DNA of 64,000 nucleotides from Candidatus Omnitrophota bacterium (GTDB lineage: Bacteria; Omnitrophota; Gorgyraeia; Zapsychrales; Fredricksoniimonadaceae). Below the pieces are notes generated by a model. That model was not told the DNA's origin and ran no database searches. It saw only the letters and a program-made list of their open reading frames with translations. The stretch is from positions 85,353 to 149,352 of the forward strand of contig CAWHFJ010000016.1 of NCBI GenBank assembly GCA_963828495.1, in the 5' to 3' direction. This document shows, in pieces, positions 30,093-40,124 of the stretch; within the stretch, counting starts at the first letter, position 1, and every line of letters starts with the position of its first letter. Made by a program: the position numbers and the translations under genes.

Positions 30093-31337
30093 TTAAGGCA
30101 TAGGCAAAGAAACTGTAAACGTGGATCCTTCCCCCTCTTGTGATCGGACCCTTATCTGCCCCCCGTGTTTTTTAATAATTTCATAACTGACACTTAAGCC
30201 CAATCCTGTCCCTTGACCCACAGGCTTAGTGGTAAAAAACGGATCAAATATTTTCTTTAAATGCTCAGGCTTAATCCCCTTACCTGTGTCTTTTATATCC
30301 ACACACACATTCTTGTCTTTGACATAAGTTTTGATCTCAATGGTCCCCTTGCCATCCATAGCTTGCGCCGCATTGAGCAATACGTTCATAAAAACCTGTC
30401 CTAATCTCTGGGGGCTTCCCTTAATAAGAGGCGTGTCTGCGTAATCCTTTTTCAAGTCAACCTTAGCCCCTAGTTCGTTGTAAACAATACTCAGCAGACT
30501 ATCGAGCACCTCTTCAATTTTTATCAGGTTCAGGATACCGGCATCTTCACGGGCGAATGTGCGTAAATCCGTCACAACTTTCTGGATCCTCTCGACCCCT
30601 TTTTGAGTTTGTTGAAATAATTTATGCAAATCGTCTGTCATATATTTCAAATCTATATATTGGCTAAACGACTTGATCTCTCCCACCACCTCTCTGGATT
30701 TCTTAAGGTCCCCCTGTTCAATGGCGAGTATCAAATCGTCGTAGATACCTAAAATCTTGGTATAGTCATCGATATAAATAGCCAGCATTTCCAAATTGTT
30801 GTTGATAAACCCTATAGGATTATTGATCTCATGCGCAACCCCTGCGGCTAATTGACCAATAGCCGCAAACTTCTCTGATTGTAAAAGCTGTGCTTGGGCA
30901 GACGCCAGGGCCTTCTCCATCCGCTTGGTCTCGGTGATGTCCTCATAAACTCCTAAAATTCCAATTGAATTTCCATCCAAATCTATTAGAGGCATTTTGC
31001 TTGTTTTTATCCAGATTTTATCTCCTTTGGGAGTGGTTTGAGGTTCTTCAAAATTGAATTTTGCTTTTCCTGACTGTATGACTGCCCGATCATCGTTTTG
31101 ATATATTTTAGCCTGCTCTTTCCAGCCCATCTGGAAATCATCCTTGCCAATCAGGTCTTCCGATCTGTTTTTACCTGCATCTTTAGCAAAAATCTCGTTG
31201 CAGCCCATATACCTTAAATCTTTATCTTTCCAGAATATCCTTATCGGAAGAAGGTCAATTATTTTCTGTAAGAACCTTTGAGAATCCTTACTTTTTTCAA
31301 GACGGCCCATAGGCAGCACCCCCTCTTTATTCCCCAA
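30093..31337 (-). CDS. PAS-domain sensor histidine kinase (cytoplasmic)
   Basis: PAS-like N-terminus (IFWKDKDLRYMGCNEIFAKDAG...), H-box [42 protein letters not shown]. It is paralogous to the kinase core at 10537-12334. Confidence 0.88.
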   Translation of the reverse strand: MGNKEGVLPMGRLEKSKDSQRFLQKIIDLLPIRIFWKDKDLRYMGCNEIFAKDAGKNRSEDLIGKDDFQMGWKEQAKIYQNDDRAVIQSGKAKFNFEEPQTTPKGDKIWIKTSKMPLIDLDGNSIGILGVYEDITETKRMEKALASAQAQLLQSEKFAAIGQLAAGVAHEINNPIGFINNNLEMLAIYIDDYTKILGIYDDLILAIEQGDLKKSREVVGEIKSFSQYIDLKYMTDDLHKLFQQTQKGVERIQKVVTDLRTFAREDAGILNLIKIEEVLDSLLSIVYNELGAKVDLKKDYADTPLIKGSPQRLGQVFMNVLLNAAQAMDGKGTIEIKTYVKDKNVCVDIKDTGKGIKPEHLKKIFDPFFTTKPVGQGTGLGLSVSYEIIKKHGGQIRVRSQEGEGSTFTVSLPMP

Positions 31338-31917
31338 GTAATTTCTCTATTTTTATTTTCAAATCCTTATTGCTAAAAGGTTTCGCGAGATAATCATCCG
31401 CCCCTGACTCTTGAATACGCCTGGTTTCTTTTGGTCCAATAATGCCCGACACTAAAAGTATTTTTACATTTTTATCTTTTTGATTACTGCGGATACGCGC
31501 ACATACCTGATAGCCGTCTAATTGCGGCATCCTGATGTCTAAAATGATTAAATCGGGTTGAAAATCAGCAAATTTGTGCCCCGCTTCAAAACCATCAAAC
31601 GCCACTTCCAAGTCATATATCTTTTCCCTTTTAAGAAACCGTTGGATAGTGTCCACCATACCTCTATCATCATCAACGATCAAAATACGTTTCCTGCCGG
31701 TGCCATTGTTACCCATTAAATCCGAAGGAACAGGCATCTGGTATCTGTGCAGAAAATCCAAAAATTCTTCTGCCTTAATCCTGCTATGGTTGCCCGGAGT
31801 ACGAAAGGCTTTTAATTTCCCTTCATTAATCCACTGCACTACTGTCCGTCCGGTGACATAACAATATTGGGCAATGTCATGTGTTGTAAAAATTCTCTCG
31901 CTCATCGTTGACCTCAC
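31327..31917 (-). CDS. Response regulator with an N-terminal excisionase/MerR-type HTH and a C-terminal receiver domain
   Basis: HTH: TTHDIAQYCYVTGRTVVQWINEGKLKAFRTPGNHSRI. REC: ILIVDDDRGM...LIILDIRMPQLDG...VSG...LAKPF. Confidence 0.8.
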   Translation of the reverse strand: MRSTMSERIFTTHDIAQYCYVTGRTVVQWINEGKLKAFRTPGNHSRIKAEEFLDFLHRYQMPVPSDLMGNNGTGRKRILIVDDDRGMVDTIQRFLKREKIYDLEVAFDGFEAGHKFADFQPDLIILDIRMPQLDGYQVCARIRSNQKDKNVKILLVSGIIGPKETRRIQESGADDYLAKPFSNKDLKIKIEKLLGE

Positions 31918-32408
31918 ATTTTTATTAAAAGTTTCTTTACTAATCCCAATAGCGCATCAATCTCATAAGGTTTACCTAAAGTTTGATATGTCCGGCCGTC
32001 TATATTTACCCCGGTTTCTTCCACATCTTCTTCTCCGCTTGAAATAAGTCCTGTTAAAAATACGACAGGGATATCCTTTAAGTGGCCATCTGCCTTTAAA
32101 TTCCTAACCGCTTCGGGGCCGCTGATGCCGGGCATCACAATGTCCATTAAAATCAAATCCGGGTTACGCGCTTTTATCTCTTCTATAATATTCACAGCGG
32201 AATGTAAAATAGAGGCCTGATAGCCTTTTGTCATTAAAGCGGTCTTAGTTAACTGGGCTAAATCTTTATCGTCATCAATAATCAGTATTTTGGCCATGCC
32301 GTCCTCCTCATGAGTAATCTCGCATATATCCTTCTTTTCTTGATTCTCCTGTTTCTCCTGTTTCAAACTATACCCTATAATGGGCGCTTTGTCAAGCCAA
32401 TTGGCCAA
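31914..32408 (-). CDS. Single-domain response regulator (the start may be the internal MAKILIID)
   Basis: ILIIDDDKDLAQL...LILMDIVMPGISG...LTG...GKPY. The first ~37 codons (a KQEKQENQEKK-rich stretch) may be untranslated. Confidence 0.8.
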   Translation of the reverse strand: MANWLDKAPIIGYSLKQEKQENQEKKDICEITHEEDGMAKILIIDDDKDLAQLTKTALMTKGYQASILHSAVNIIEEIKARNPDLILMDIVMPGISGPEAVRNLKADGHLKDIPVVFLTGLISSGEEDVEETGVNIDGRTYQTLGKPYEIDALLGLVKKLLIKM

Positions 32409-32446
32409 GCGCCTATAGGCAACCCGGTAAATTTTTGCTCATGTGG

Positions 32447-34316
32447 CTATGATGCAGAAGTATCAGAATTAAAAAGCTTCCGGTAACAACGCAGAACTTG
32501 GGAAGGGGCGGTTTCCACCGGAGTCAGAAACAAGCCGTGTTTGCGAAAAAACAACCCCAGAGAAGGATAACTGCAGAATACCGCTATGGGTACAGCAAAA
32601 AGAAGCGGGAGGACGATAACAGAGACCCACCAGAACAATGTCTTATTGACGGCATAGGCAATAACCGCCCAGACAAAGGCCCCCACCATTCCCGGCCAGT
32701 AAGCACTAAACGCTTCAAGGAATGATGTCTTTCTGGAACGCCGATACTGGCTTTTCCAAACTAATTTTGCCCCCAACAGATTCAACACCACATACCAGGC
32801 ATGGAAAATCATCCTCAGCGGCGCCAATAACGTCGAAAATATCACTTCCAGAAACACACTTGACCGACAACCGCATCAGCCCGCCGAACGGAATCACTTT
32901 ATGAGGAGACAGAACAATGAGAAAAACACTTAAAACCTTAGGGATCAAAAGAAACGCGGCCGTGACCAAGAGAAGATCAATAGACAATTCACGATACTGG
33001 AGAGGCCAGTGCGGAAAGAGCGTACGCTCCCCTGAAAAATACACAATCGTATGAAAAAAATCCGCTATGGCATGGATCGTCATCAGCCATAAAAGCAAAA
33101 GCCATAAAAATGACGAAAAATAAAAAAGGTTCCCATTCAAAAATAAAAGCCTGTGCCCAAAGGTAAAACCCTTCATGAACATAAGCCTCAGATGCTGGAT
33201 GTTCCCCTGACACCAGCGCTTGTCCCGCTCCAATTCTTCAAAAAGACCCGGAGGCAATTCTTCATAACTGCCCTCTAGCTCATACGCCAGCCACACCCCC
33301 CATCCTGCCCGACGCATAAGTGCGGCCTCCACAAAGTCATGGCTTAAAATTTCTCCCCCGAAGGGAGGGCCTCCCGACAAATGCGGCAATGCGCAATATT
33401 TCATGAAAGGGTCCATACGCACAATCGCATTATGCCCCCAATAGCCGGATTCATCCAGCTGCCAGAAACGTAATCCCGCAAAAAACAGCGGCCCGTACAC
33501 ATGGCTGGCAAACTGCTGCAAGCGCGCAATAAGACTTATCTGGTTGGCCGCCATCGGCGCTGTTTGCAGAATGCCGATATCCTCTCGGGCCTCCATCACA
33601 TTGACCATGCGGACCAAAAGATCCCCCTCCATCAGACTGTCGGCATCAAAAATAATCATATATTTATACTGACTCCCCCAACGCCGGCAAAAATCAGCCA
33701 CATTCCCGCTTTTCTTATGGATACGTACTTTTCTGCGACGATAGAAGATCCGGCCAAACCCATCCACATCCCGACACAATTCTGACCAGGCCGTCTCCTC
33801 CATCAAAATAGCATCGCGCGCAGAGGAATCGCTTAAAATAAAAATATCGAATCTCTCGAGTTGGCCCGTCTTTTGAAGTGACTCATAGGTCGCCCTGAGG
33901 GCCGCATAGATCCGCGCCATCTCCTCGTTATAAACCGGCATAATCAGCGCCACACGGGTCGCTGAAGCGATCGGCTGCGTCTGTTTAGGCAACGGGAGTT
34001 CATCGTCTGTTTTTCGCAGTGCTGTGATGAACCCGAAGATAACCGTCCAAAAATTAAATGAAATCCAACCAAACAGAAAAACAAAAATACCGATAATGAT
34101 CCAGGATAAAACGGTCAGCCCCTCGGCGCCCAAAATGGTCTTAAAAGCAGACCCGGCCATGGTCGTTGACACAGCAACAAGAATAAAAAATACGCTGCGA
34201 CGTAAGGCAAGGATTCTTTTGCGCCTGCGTTCAGCGTGCGATAAATCACGGGGCCTAAACAGCTGATGGGCCATGGGACTTCGATGCAAAGGAGGTTGTT
34301 TGAGGCTCTGAATCAT
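32447..34316 (-). pseudogene. opgH: Osmoregulated periplasmic glucan glucosyltransferase OpgH/MdoH, frameshifted as assembled
   Basis: GT2 core (VALIMPVYNEE...ILSDS...YRRR...KSGN...FDADS...QTAP...GHNAI...SHDFVEAALMRRAGW...ELPP...RDKRWCQGN). The C-terminal TM block FLEVIFSTLLAPLRMIFH... (ORF 32447-32857) joins near 32853-32861. The start ATG at 34316 overlaps the restored opgG stop (ATGA). Confidence 0.88.
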
Positions 34317-35864
34317 CGCAGGTAGGTGTAACTCCAGGTCTCGGTGACGGGTGAAGTCTTGTCCTTCAGGAAGGCCCTGAAATTCAATGGCAGATTTTTG
34401 GTTTAGCATCCTCAACTCCATAGGCCCGGGGACATCCCACGCCACATGAAGCACCAGACGCCATCCACCGGTGACTGTATTCTTAATCAACTGCGTGTCG
34501 GCCAAATGAGCGCCTTGACTGACCCAAACATCAGGCATCAGTGTTGTGTCCTTAAACGTCGTTTGTAACTCCTCGCCGACAAAATCGATCACAAACATCA
34601 ACCCGTCGGATTTCTTCACAACCCGGGTGGCTTGCACAAAACCCTTAAGAGGCAATTGATGCCTGGCAGAATACCAGGACAGTGTATACGCATAATTTAC
34701 AGAATCCCCACGCTCGAAGGCGGCGTTCGGGGGACCCAATACGCCACTATATTATCGTTATATTCATTGTCCGTCGGTATCTGGACTAATTCCAGATGCC
34801 CGCCACCCCAGTCGCCTTTGGGAGAAACCCAAACACTCGGCCGCCGGTCATAGCGGGCCTCCAAATCCTGATAATGATCAAAGTCAATATCGCGCTGCAG
34901 GAGCCCAAAGCCAAAGGGCTGACCGCCACCAAAGGCATTGACCAAAAGCCGGGAGGGATTAACCAACGGGTGCCAGATCCATTCACCCGAGCGGGCATTG
35001 ACCGCAAGCCCGTCAGAATCATGAATTTCCGGACGAAAATCATTATCGCTTTTAAAGCCTGTGTTCTTCCCATAAAAAAACATCGAATTTAAAGGGGCAA
35101 TCCCGATTTTTTGAATATGTTGACGAATAAAAAGCACACTGTTGACTTTCACGCGTGTCTCTTGCCCCGGCTGGATTGTAAACTCGTAGGCCCCGGTGAC
35201 ACTATTGCTGTCTAACAGCGCATACAGGATAATTGCCTTCGAGCGAGGAGAAGGATGCAGAATCCAAAACTCGCGAAAAAACGGAAACTCCTCCCCCGTA
35301 TCCTCTGCCGTATCGACCGCCAGCCCACGGGCAGATATCCCATAGGTCAAATCCCTGCCCAGCGCCCGAAAATAACTGGCCCCTAGAAATGCCACAAGCT
35401 CATCGGCGTATTTGGGGGTATTGAGCGGATAATGGACGCGAAAGCCGGCAAAACCATGACCCTGGGACAAATACCCTTTGAGGCCGTGACTGCCATATTC
35501 GAACAAATCCGCAGAAAAAGGAAACTGATGCGTCCCCTGGCGATCGACATAATGAACAATCACGGGATGCAGATAGAGAAAACCCGGATGGAAAAACTGC
35601 ACGGAAAAAGGCTCTCCCCCAAAGGCTGTGGGCGGACTTAAAACGGATGTCCCGCCATTGATCATACCCCAACTTTTTTACGACGTCGGGCAAATCCTTG
35701 GCCGGGTCCTGAAAAGGCCTTTGGGCCAGAGCTTTGGCCTGTGCGACCACATCCCGAAAATGAACACGTAGAACCGCATTGTCTGTCTTAGCGGCAACAA
35801 CAAAGGACATGCCCATCAGATAAAAACTGCAGCATAGTCCAAAAATCAAAAGCTTGTTATTCAT
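34313..35864 (-). pseudogene. opgG: Periplasmic glucan biosynthesis protein OpgG/OpgD, broken by three frameshifts as assembled
   Basis: Signal peptide MNNKLLIFGLCCSFYLMGMSFVVAA, then GYDQWRDIRFKSAHSLW | GEPFSVQFFHPGF...NIVAYWVP | PNAAFERGDSVNYAYTLSW...ELRMLNQ | NLPLNFRAFLKDKTSPVTETWSYTYLR*. The junctions are at CCCCC 35616-35620, GGGGG 34729-34733 and TTTTT 34395-34399. Confidence 0.85.
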
Positions 35865-35971
35865 AGAAATATCCACAGATCGTTGTATCAACAAAAATAT
35901 CCGGGTATTCTACAATAAAAGATATGATATTTAAAACAAAAATAATATGGGGTCGGAAAAACCGGAGAGGC

Positions 35972-36824
35972 TTAATCAAAAACAACTGTTTTATTGCCGT
36001 AACAAAGAATTTTGCGCTCCAAATGCCAACGTACGGCGCGACTTAAAACAAGCTTTTCCAAGTCTTCCCCTTTTCTCTTGAGGTCCTCCAGAGAATCGCG
36101 GTGACTGACGGCCACCGTGTCCTGGGCGATGATGGGGCCTTCATCTAAACCTTCGGTGACATAATGACTGGTGGCCCCGATAACTTTGACCCCTTTTTGG
36201 TAGGCCTGCAAATACGGGTTACTTCCGGCAAACGCCGGCAAAAATGAATGATGGATATTAATGATCTGCAACGGGAATCCGTCAACAAATTGTTTCGTCA
36301 AAATTTGATGGTATCGGGCCAGGATGACGAGATCGATCTTCCGGGTCTTGAGAAGTTCCATCTGTTTTTGCTCCTGCGCCATTTTATTATGACCTTCGAC
36401 ATTAAACTCGGCAAACTGGATGGCAAAATCTTCTGCCACATCCCTGGCATCAGGATGATTGCATAGCACAAGTGCTATATCGCAAAAAAGCTGTCCTGTC
36501 TTATGCCGGTATAAAAGGTCGTACAGGCAATGCAGATGTTTGCTGACAAAAATGGCTACCCGTGTTTTTTGATCGGCAAACGAAAGTTGCCATGCCATAT
36601 GAAACGACCGGGCGATAGGGGCCAAACGCTGGCTGAATATCCTCGCGTTTGAGTTTAAAGGCGTCCAGCGACCATTCAATGCGCATAAAAAACGTATTGC
36701 TCTGCTCATCAATGTGCTGGTCGGCGTGGACAATATTCCCTTGATGGTGGAAAATAAAATTCGTGACGGCGGCCGTGATGCCTTTTTGGTCTTTGCAAGA
36801 AATCAATAAAATGGCGTGATTCAT
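35972..36824 (-). pseudogene. purU: Formyltetrahydrofolate deformylase PurU, frameshifted as assembled
   Basis: The N-terminal ACT domain (MNHAILLISCKDQKGITAAVTNFIF...) joins the formyltransferase core (DLVILARYHQIL...INIHHSFLPAF.G..PY.QA...GVKVIGATSHYVT..LDEGPII.Q) at the GGGG run 36618-36621. Confidence 0.88.
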
Positions 36825-36852
36825 AGGCCCTTGGATCTTTATATAGGGCACC

Positions 36853-37149
36853 TTAAATTTTTCTTATTAAAAAAATCAAAACGACACCGGCAACAATAAG
36901 CAAAGAACCTAAAACCACTCTGGTTTGAGTTTTAATTATCTTTTCGTCAACATTGATAATCGAATCTACCGTTTTCCTAAAATGGGAGAAGATCCCGGTT
37001 ATTATTTTATCAAAATCTAATACCGTCCTGTTTAATATCTTATTGAAATTAGAGATAATCTTAGCTCCGAAAAGCAGATCTATGCCCGTCAAGATACCCA
37101 ATGTGCCTATAATATAAATTACTTTCTGTAGAAATATGACTTTATTCAT
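36853..37149 (-). CDS. Small hypothetical membrane protein (two TM segments)
   Basis: 98 aa with hydrophobic N- and C-terminal segments, in an AT-rich stretch. No family recognised. Confidence 0.4.
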   Translation of the reverse strand: MNKVIFLQKVIYIIGTLGILTGIDLLFGAKIISNFNKILNRTVLDFDKIITGIFSHFRKTVDSIINVDEKIIKTQTRVVLGSLLIVAGVVLIFLIRKI

Positions 37150-37179
37150 TTAATCCCCTTTCTCTAGTTTATCCAATAC

Positions 37180-37431
37180 TCAGACGTGCATGCGATTAAT
37201 AAAATTAGTGTTTTCTATTGAATGCCACATGGTCCAGTACAAATATTCACCTATATCAACACACGCATATGACATCCCTTGAATAGTGATAACATAACCA
37301 TACTTTCTGATGTAAGTCACTAAGTCCTCAAATTCAGCCTGGTTATAAGATTGACAAACACAATATTGATGGCTTTTGTCTTGACTTATTTCCCACTGAA
37401 ATTTATCAAGTAATGGTTCAGTTTCTATCAT
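37180..37431 (-). CDS. Small hypothetical protein
   Basis: 83-aa ORF in an AT-rich stretch. No motif recognised. Confidence 0.35.
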   Translation of the reverse strand: MIETEPLLDKFQWEISQDKSHQYCVCQSYNQAEFEDLVTYIRKYGYVITIQGMSYACVDIGEYLYWTMWHSIENTNFINRMHV

Positions 37432-37542
37432 ATCTTATATATTATTATACCCCTCATTCTTTAGTTGCCCACAAATATCCAATAAAAATTTTTCCGTAAC
37501 TTATTCAGCCAGAAAGGGTAAATTCAATTATATAGGCAGGTT

Positions 37543-38199
37543 TTAATGACTTGCGGGGCACCAATGAATTGTTTTAAATTCATCAATATATTCTTTTATT
37601 GAGGTGCCTATCTTTTTAAAGTCCTTGCACAGGAGCCACTCCTGTTTAAACACACTAGCCCCAAAACTGACGGCATCCGCGCCATGAGCAAAGAACGCTC
37701 TCATGTTCCGCGGCCTCACCCCACCGCATGCCAAGAGCTTGACATCATTAAAGGGGCCTTTAATCTCCCTGAAATATTCCGGTCCGAAGAAATTAGACGG
37801 AAAAACTTTCACCATCGTAGCCCCGGAATCCCAAGCCGCATAGATCTCCTGCGGGGTCAAAGCCCCGGGAAACGCGGGGATGTGCTGTTTCACACAGTAC
37901 TTCATGACGTCCTTGATCAAAACCGGCATGACGATGAATGTGGCCCCGGCATCAAGCGCGCTTGTAAGACTTTTCATATCCAGGACCGTACCGGCGCCAA
38001 TCGTCAGACGTTTTTTTGATAAGGCGACGGCCTTGTGAATCAGCGCGGGGGCGCCTATAGTATTCATGGTTATCTCAATTGTCTTTAGCCCTGCGGCCTC
38101 TACAGTGGCAAGCAAAGGCTCGAGATCTGCACTTTTGATACCGCGCAGGATCCCGAGGATCGGGAGTTTTTTAAACCCGACGACGTCCATCCTACTCAT
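37543..38199 (-). CDS. eda: KDPG/KHG aldolase (Eda family)
   Basis: Collinear with E. coli Eda (ILGILRG...IEIT...GAGTVL...PG..TP.E......G...VKVFP....G....I.GPF.....GG). The start ATG at 38199 overlaps the upstream stop. Confidence 0.85.
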   Translation of the reverse strand: MSRMDVVGFKKLPILGILRGIKSADLEPLLATVEAAGLKTIEITMNTIGAPALIHKAVALSKKRLTIGAGTVLDMKSLTSALDAGATFIVMPVLIKDVMKYCVKQHIPAFPGALTPQEIYAAWDSGATMVKVFPSNFFGPEYFREIKGPFNDVKLLACGGVRPRNMRAFFAHGADAVSFGASVFKQEWLLCKDFKKIGTSIKEYIDEFKTIHWCPASH

Positions 38200-39142
38200 C
38201 GACCTCCCCGACCAGACTCTCATAAAATTCCCGGTAATTCTCCTTATTGTCGCTCTTGCGAAACTCCATCGCGGCACGCGGATGCTCATCTAAGATACCG
38301 GCGATCGCATAAGGGATGATATAGCCCCATTCCATCTGCTGGCGCAACGGAATGAATTCCTTGGAAATCAGGTCAAGGACAGGACGAATATCGAACTTAG
38401 GGTTCTTTAAAAACCCCAGAACAAGCTCCAAAGGGCAATTCCCTGCGGCGCGGCCCAATCCGTAAACAGTCGCATCAACATAATTGGCATTATGGATGAT
38501 GGCCTCTATCGTGTTACCGAAAGCCAGCTGTTGGTTGTTGTGCGCGTGGATCCCTATTTCCTTGGACTTGAGGATATGTTTGGCTTTCTTAACAAGGAAC
38601 TCCGTTGTCTCCTGGTACAAGGCCCCATTGCTGTCGACAATGTAAATGACATTCGCCTTGCATTCTTCCTCCAGCTGCTGCAGGCATTCGGTCAATTCAT
38701 TGTCCAGGGCCCGCGATATGGCCATGAGATTGATCGTCGTCTCGTAACCTTTGGCCGCGAAATGATTCGCCAGATGGATCGCTTTATCAACATCCTTCAC
38801 ATAACACGCGACTCGGATCATATGGACCGGGCTGTCCTTACGGGGCAGGATATCCTCCACATCCACCCTGTCCACATCGACCATGACCGAGATCTTCGTC
38901 TTTGACGGTATGCCATCGATCACTTGATGGATATCCTCATCATCGCAAAATTTCCATTTCCCGAATTCCTTATTGGAAAACAGCTTTTTCGAGTTCTTGT
39001 AGCCAATTTCCATATAATCAACCCCGGCCGCTGACAGGGCTTTGTAGACCTCACGGACGAAGTGAACATCAAAATCGTGGTTATTGATAAGCCCCCCGTC
39101 GCGTATCGTGCAATCCAATACTTTAATCTGCTCTCTAAACAT
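38192..39142 (-). CDS. DRE-TIM metallolyase (HMGL-like / 4-hydroxy-2-oxovalerate aldolase-like)
   Basis: DCTIRDGG near the N-terminus and GIHAHNNQQLAFGN match the pyruvate carboxyltransferase (HMGL-like) fold. The start is taken as MFREQIKVLD at 39142. Confidence 0.7.
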   Translation of the reverse strand: MFREQIKVLDCTIRDGGLINNHDFDVHFVREVYKALSAAGVDYMEIGYKNSKKLFSNKEFGKWKFCDDEDIHQVIDGIPSKTKISVMVDVDRVDVEDILPRKDSPVHMIRVACYVKDVDKAIHLANHFAAKGYETTINLMAISRALDNELTECLQQLEEECKANVIYIVDSNGALYQETTEFLVKKAKHILKSKEIGIHAHNNQQLAFGNTIEAIIHNANYVDATVYGLGRAAGNCPLELVLGFLKNPKFDIRPVLDLISKEFIPLRQQMEWGYIIPYAIAGILDEHPRAAMEFRKSDNKENYREFYESLVGEVDE

Positions 39143-39174
39143 AATCTTCCTCGAATTTCTAATGGGGCGCCAAA

Positions 39175-39566
39175 TTAACTCTTGGCTGCCGCATCTGAGC
39201 ATTTGGAGCTAGCTTTATACCCTGCCGCTATAGCGTCTGCGGATGATTTGAAAGTCACCTTATTCGTATCTTTGATCATTTTACCATAAGAACAATCGGA
39301 AGGAAAAAAAGCTTGGAACTCTTGTTGCCAACGAACGCTGTTGTATCCATGGCAGCGGCTTGACATTTTGAACTCGCTTTATAACCAGCGGCTAGGGCAT
39401 CCGCAGCAGTTTTAAAAGTCACTATATTATCTTTTTTGATTAGCTTCACATAGGAACAATCAGCCGGAAAAAAGAATTTTGAGTCTTTATTACCAATAAC
39501 ATCAGCTTGAACTACCCCGCTAAATCCTAAAATCACTACCCCTAATACTAAAATTAACTTTTTCAT
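39175..39566 (-). pseudogene. Small secreted protein made of two tandem ~54-aa repeats, frameshifted as assembled
   Basis: Signal peptide MKKLILVLGVVILGFSGVVQA. Repeat 1 is VIGNKDSKFFFPADCSYVKLIKKDNIVTFKTAADALAAGYKASSKC. Repeat 2 is FVGNKSSKLFFPSDCSYGKMIKDTNKVTFKSSADAIAAGYKASSKC. The frames join if the A7 run at 39304-39310 is A8. Confidence 0.6.
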
Positions 39567-39604
39567 GACATTTTTCCTTTCTTGTTGTTGTTTAGTCCCA
39601 AACA

Positions 39605-40019
39605 CTAAATTAAAGGGGTATTCCCTTTAAGCATTGACAAGCCTTGAGATAATAGATCCTCATGATTTTGGGGAACACTCCCATCAGGCGTTAAATGATT
39701 GACCAGCGTAGGTAAAATCTTAGCAATCACCCCACAAGCTTCATCCATTGAAACGCCTAATTTTGAAGCTACCCCTTGTAATGCCTCTGCACTAAAAACC
39801 CGTTGAATATGTTCCGCAAGAATGGGCAGATTAGCTTCGTTACCTACCCATGAGCTAGCCTCTTGTGTCAAACCATTCTGATTAAACATGGCAAGAACTT
39901 TTGGCAAACCTCCCTGCTCTTGGACCAAAGCCATAACAGCTAATAATGCCTTATTGCTTTGGGCTTGATTTTAAAGCTGAATTAACGAGATTGCCTAATG
40001 CTCCATCAAATAGTCCCAT
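39605..40019 (-). pseudogene. YidB-family (DUF937) protein, frameshifted as assembled
   Basis: The start MGLFDGALGNLVNSALKSSP (ATG 40019) continues in the adjacent frame as NKALLAVMALVQEQGGLPKVLAMFNQNGL...LLSQGLSMLKG, collinear with E. coli YidB. The junction is near 39955-39963. Confidence 0.7.
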
Positions 40020-40124
40020 AACACCTCACTTTTCTGTTAATGTTACACATCAAACGGCGGAGAGGGAAAGATCCCGTACTTTAACATTTTTATCGTCGAC
40101 AATCAATGGATTTTTTGATTGCTG

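Noticed and set aside
32508-32522. GGCGGTTTCCACCGG inside opgH matches 12 of 13 nt of the repeat terminus (CCGTTTCCACCGG).
   Set aside because: It is a short match that is fully explained by coding sequence (TPVETAP). None of the rest of the element is present, so it is most likely chance similarity.
32715-34739. A 674-aa ORF that looks like a natural OpgG-OpgH fusion protein.
   Set aside because: The canonical OpgG C-terminus (VTETWSYTYLR-stop) sits in the +1 frame across a T5 run, and its TGA overlaps an ATG that begins a normal OpgH N-terminus. The fusion is best explained by an indel.
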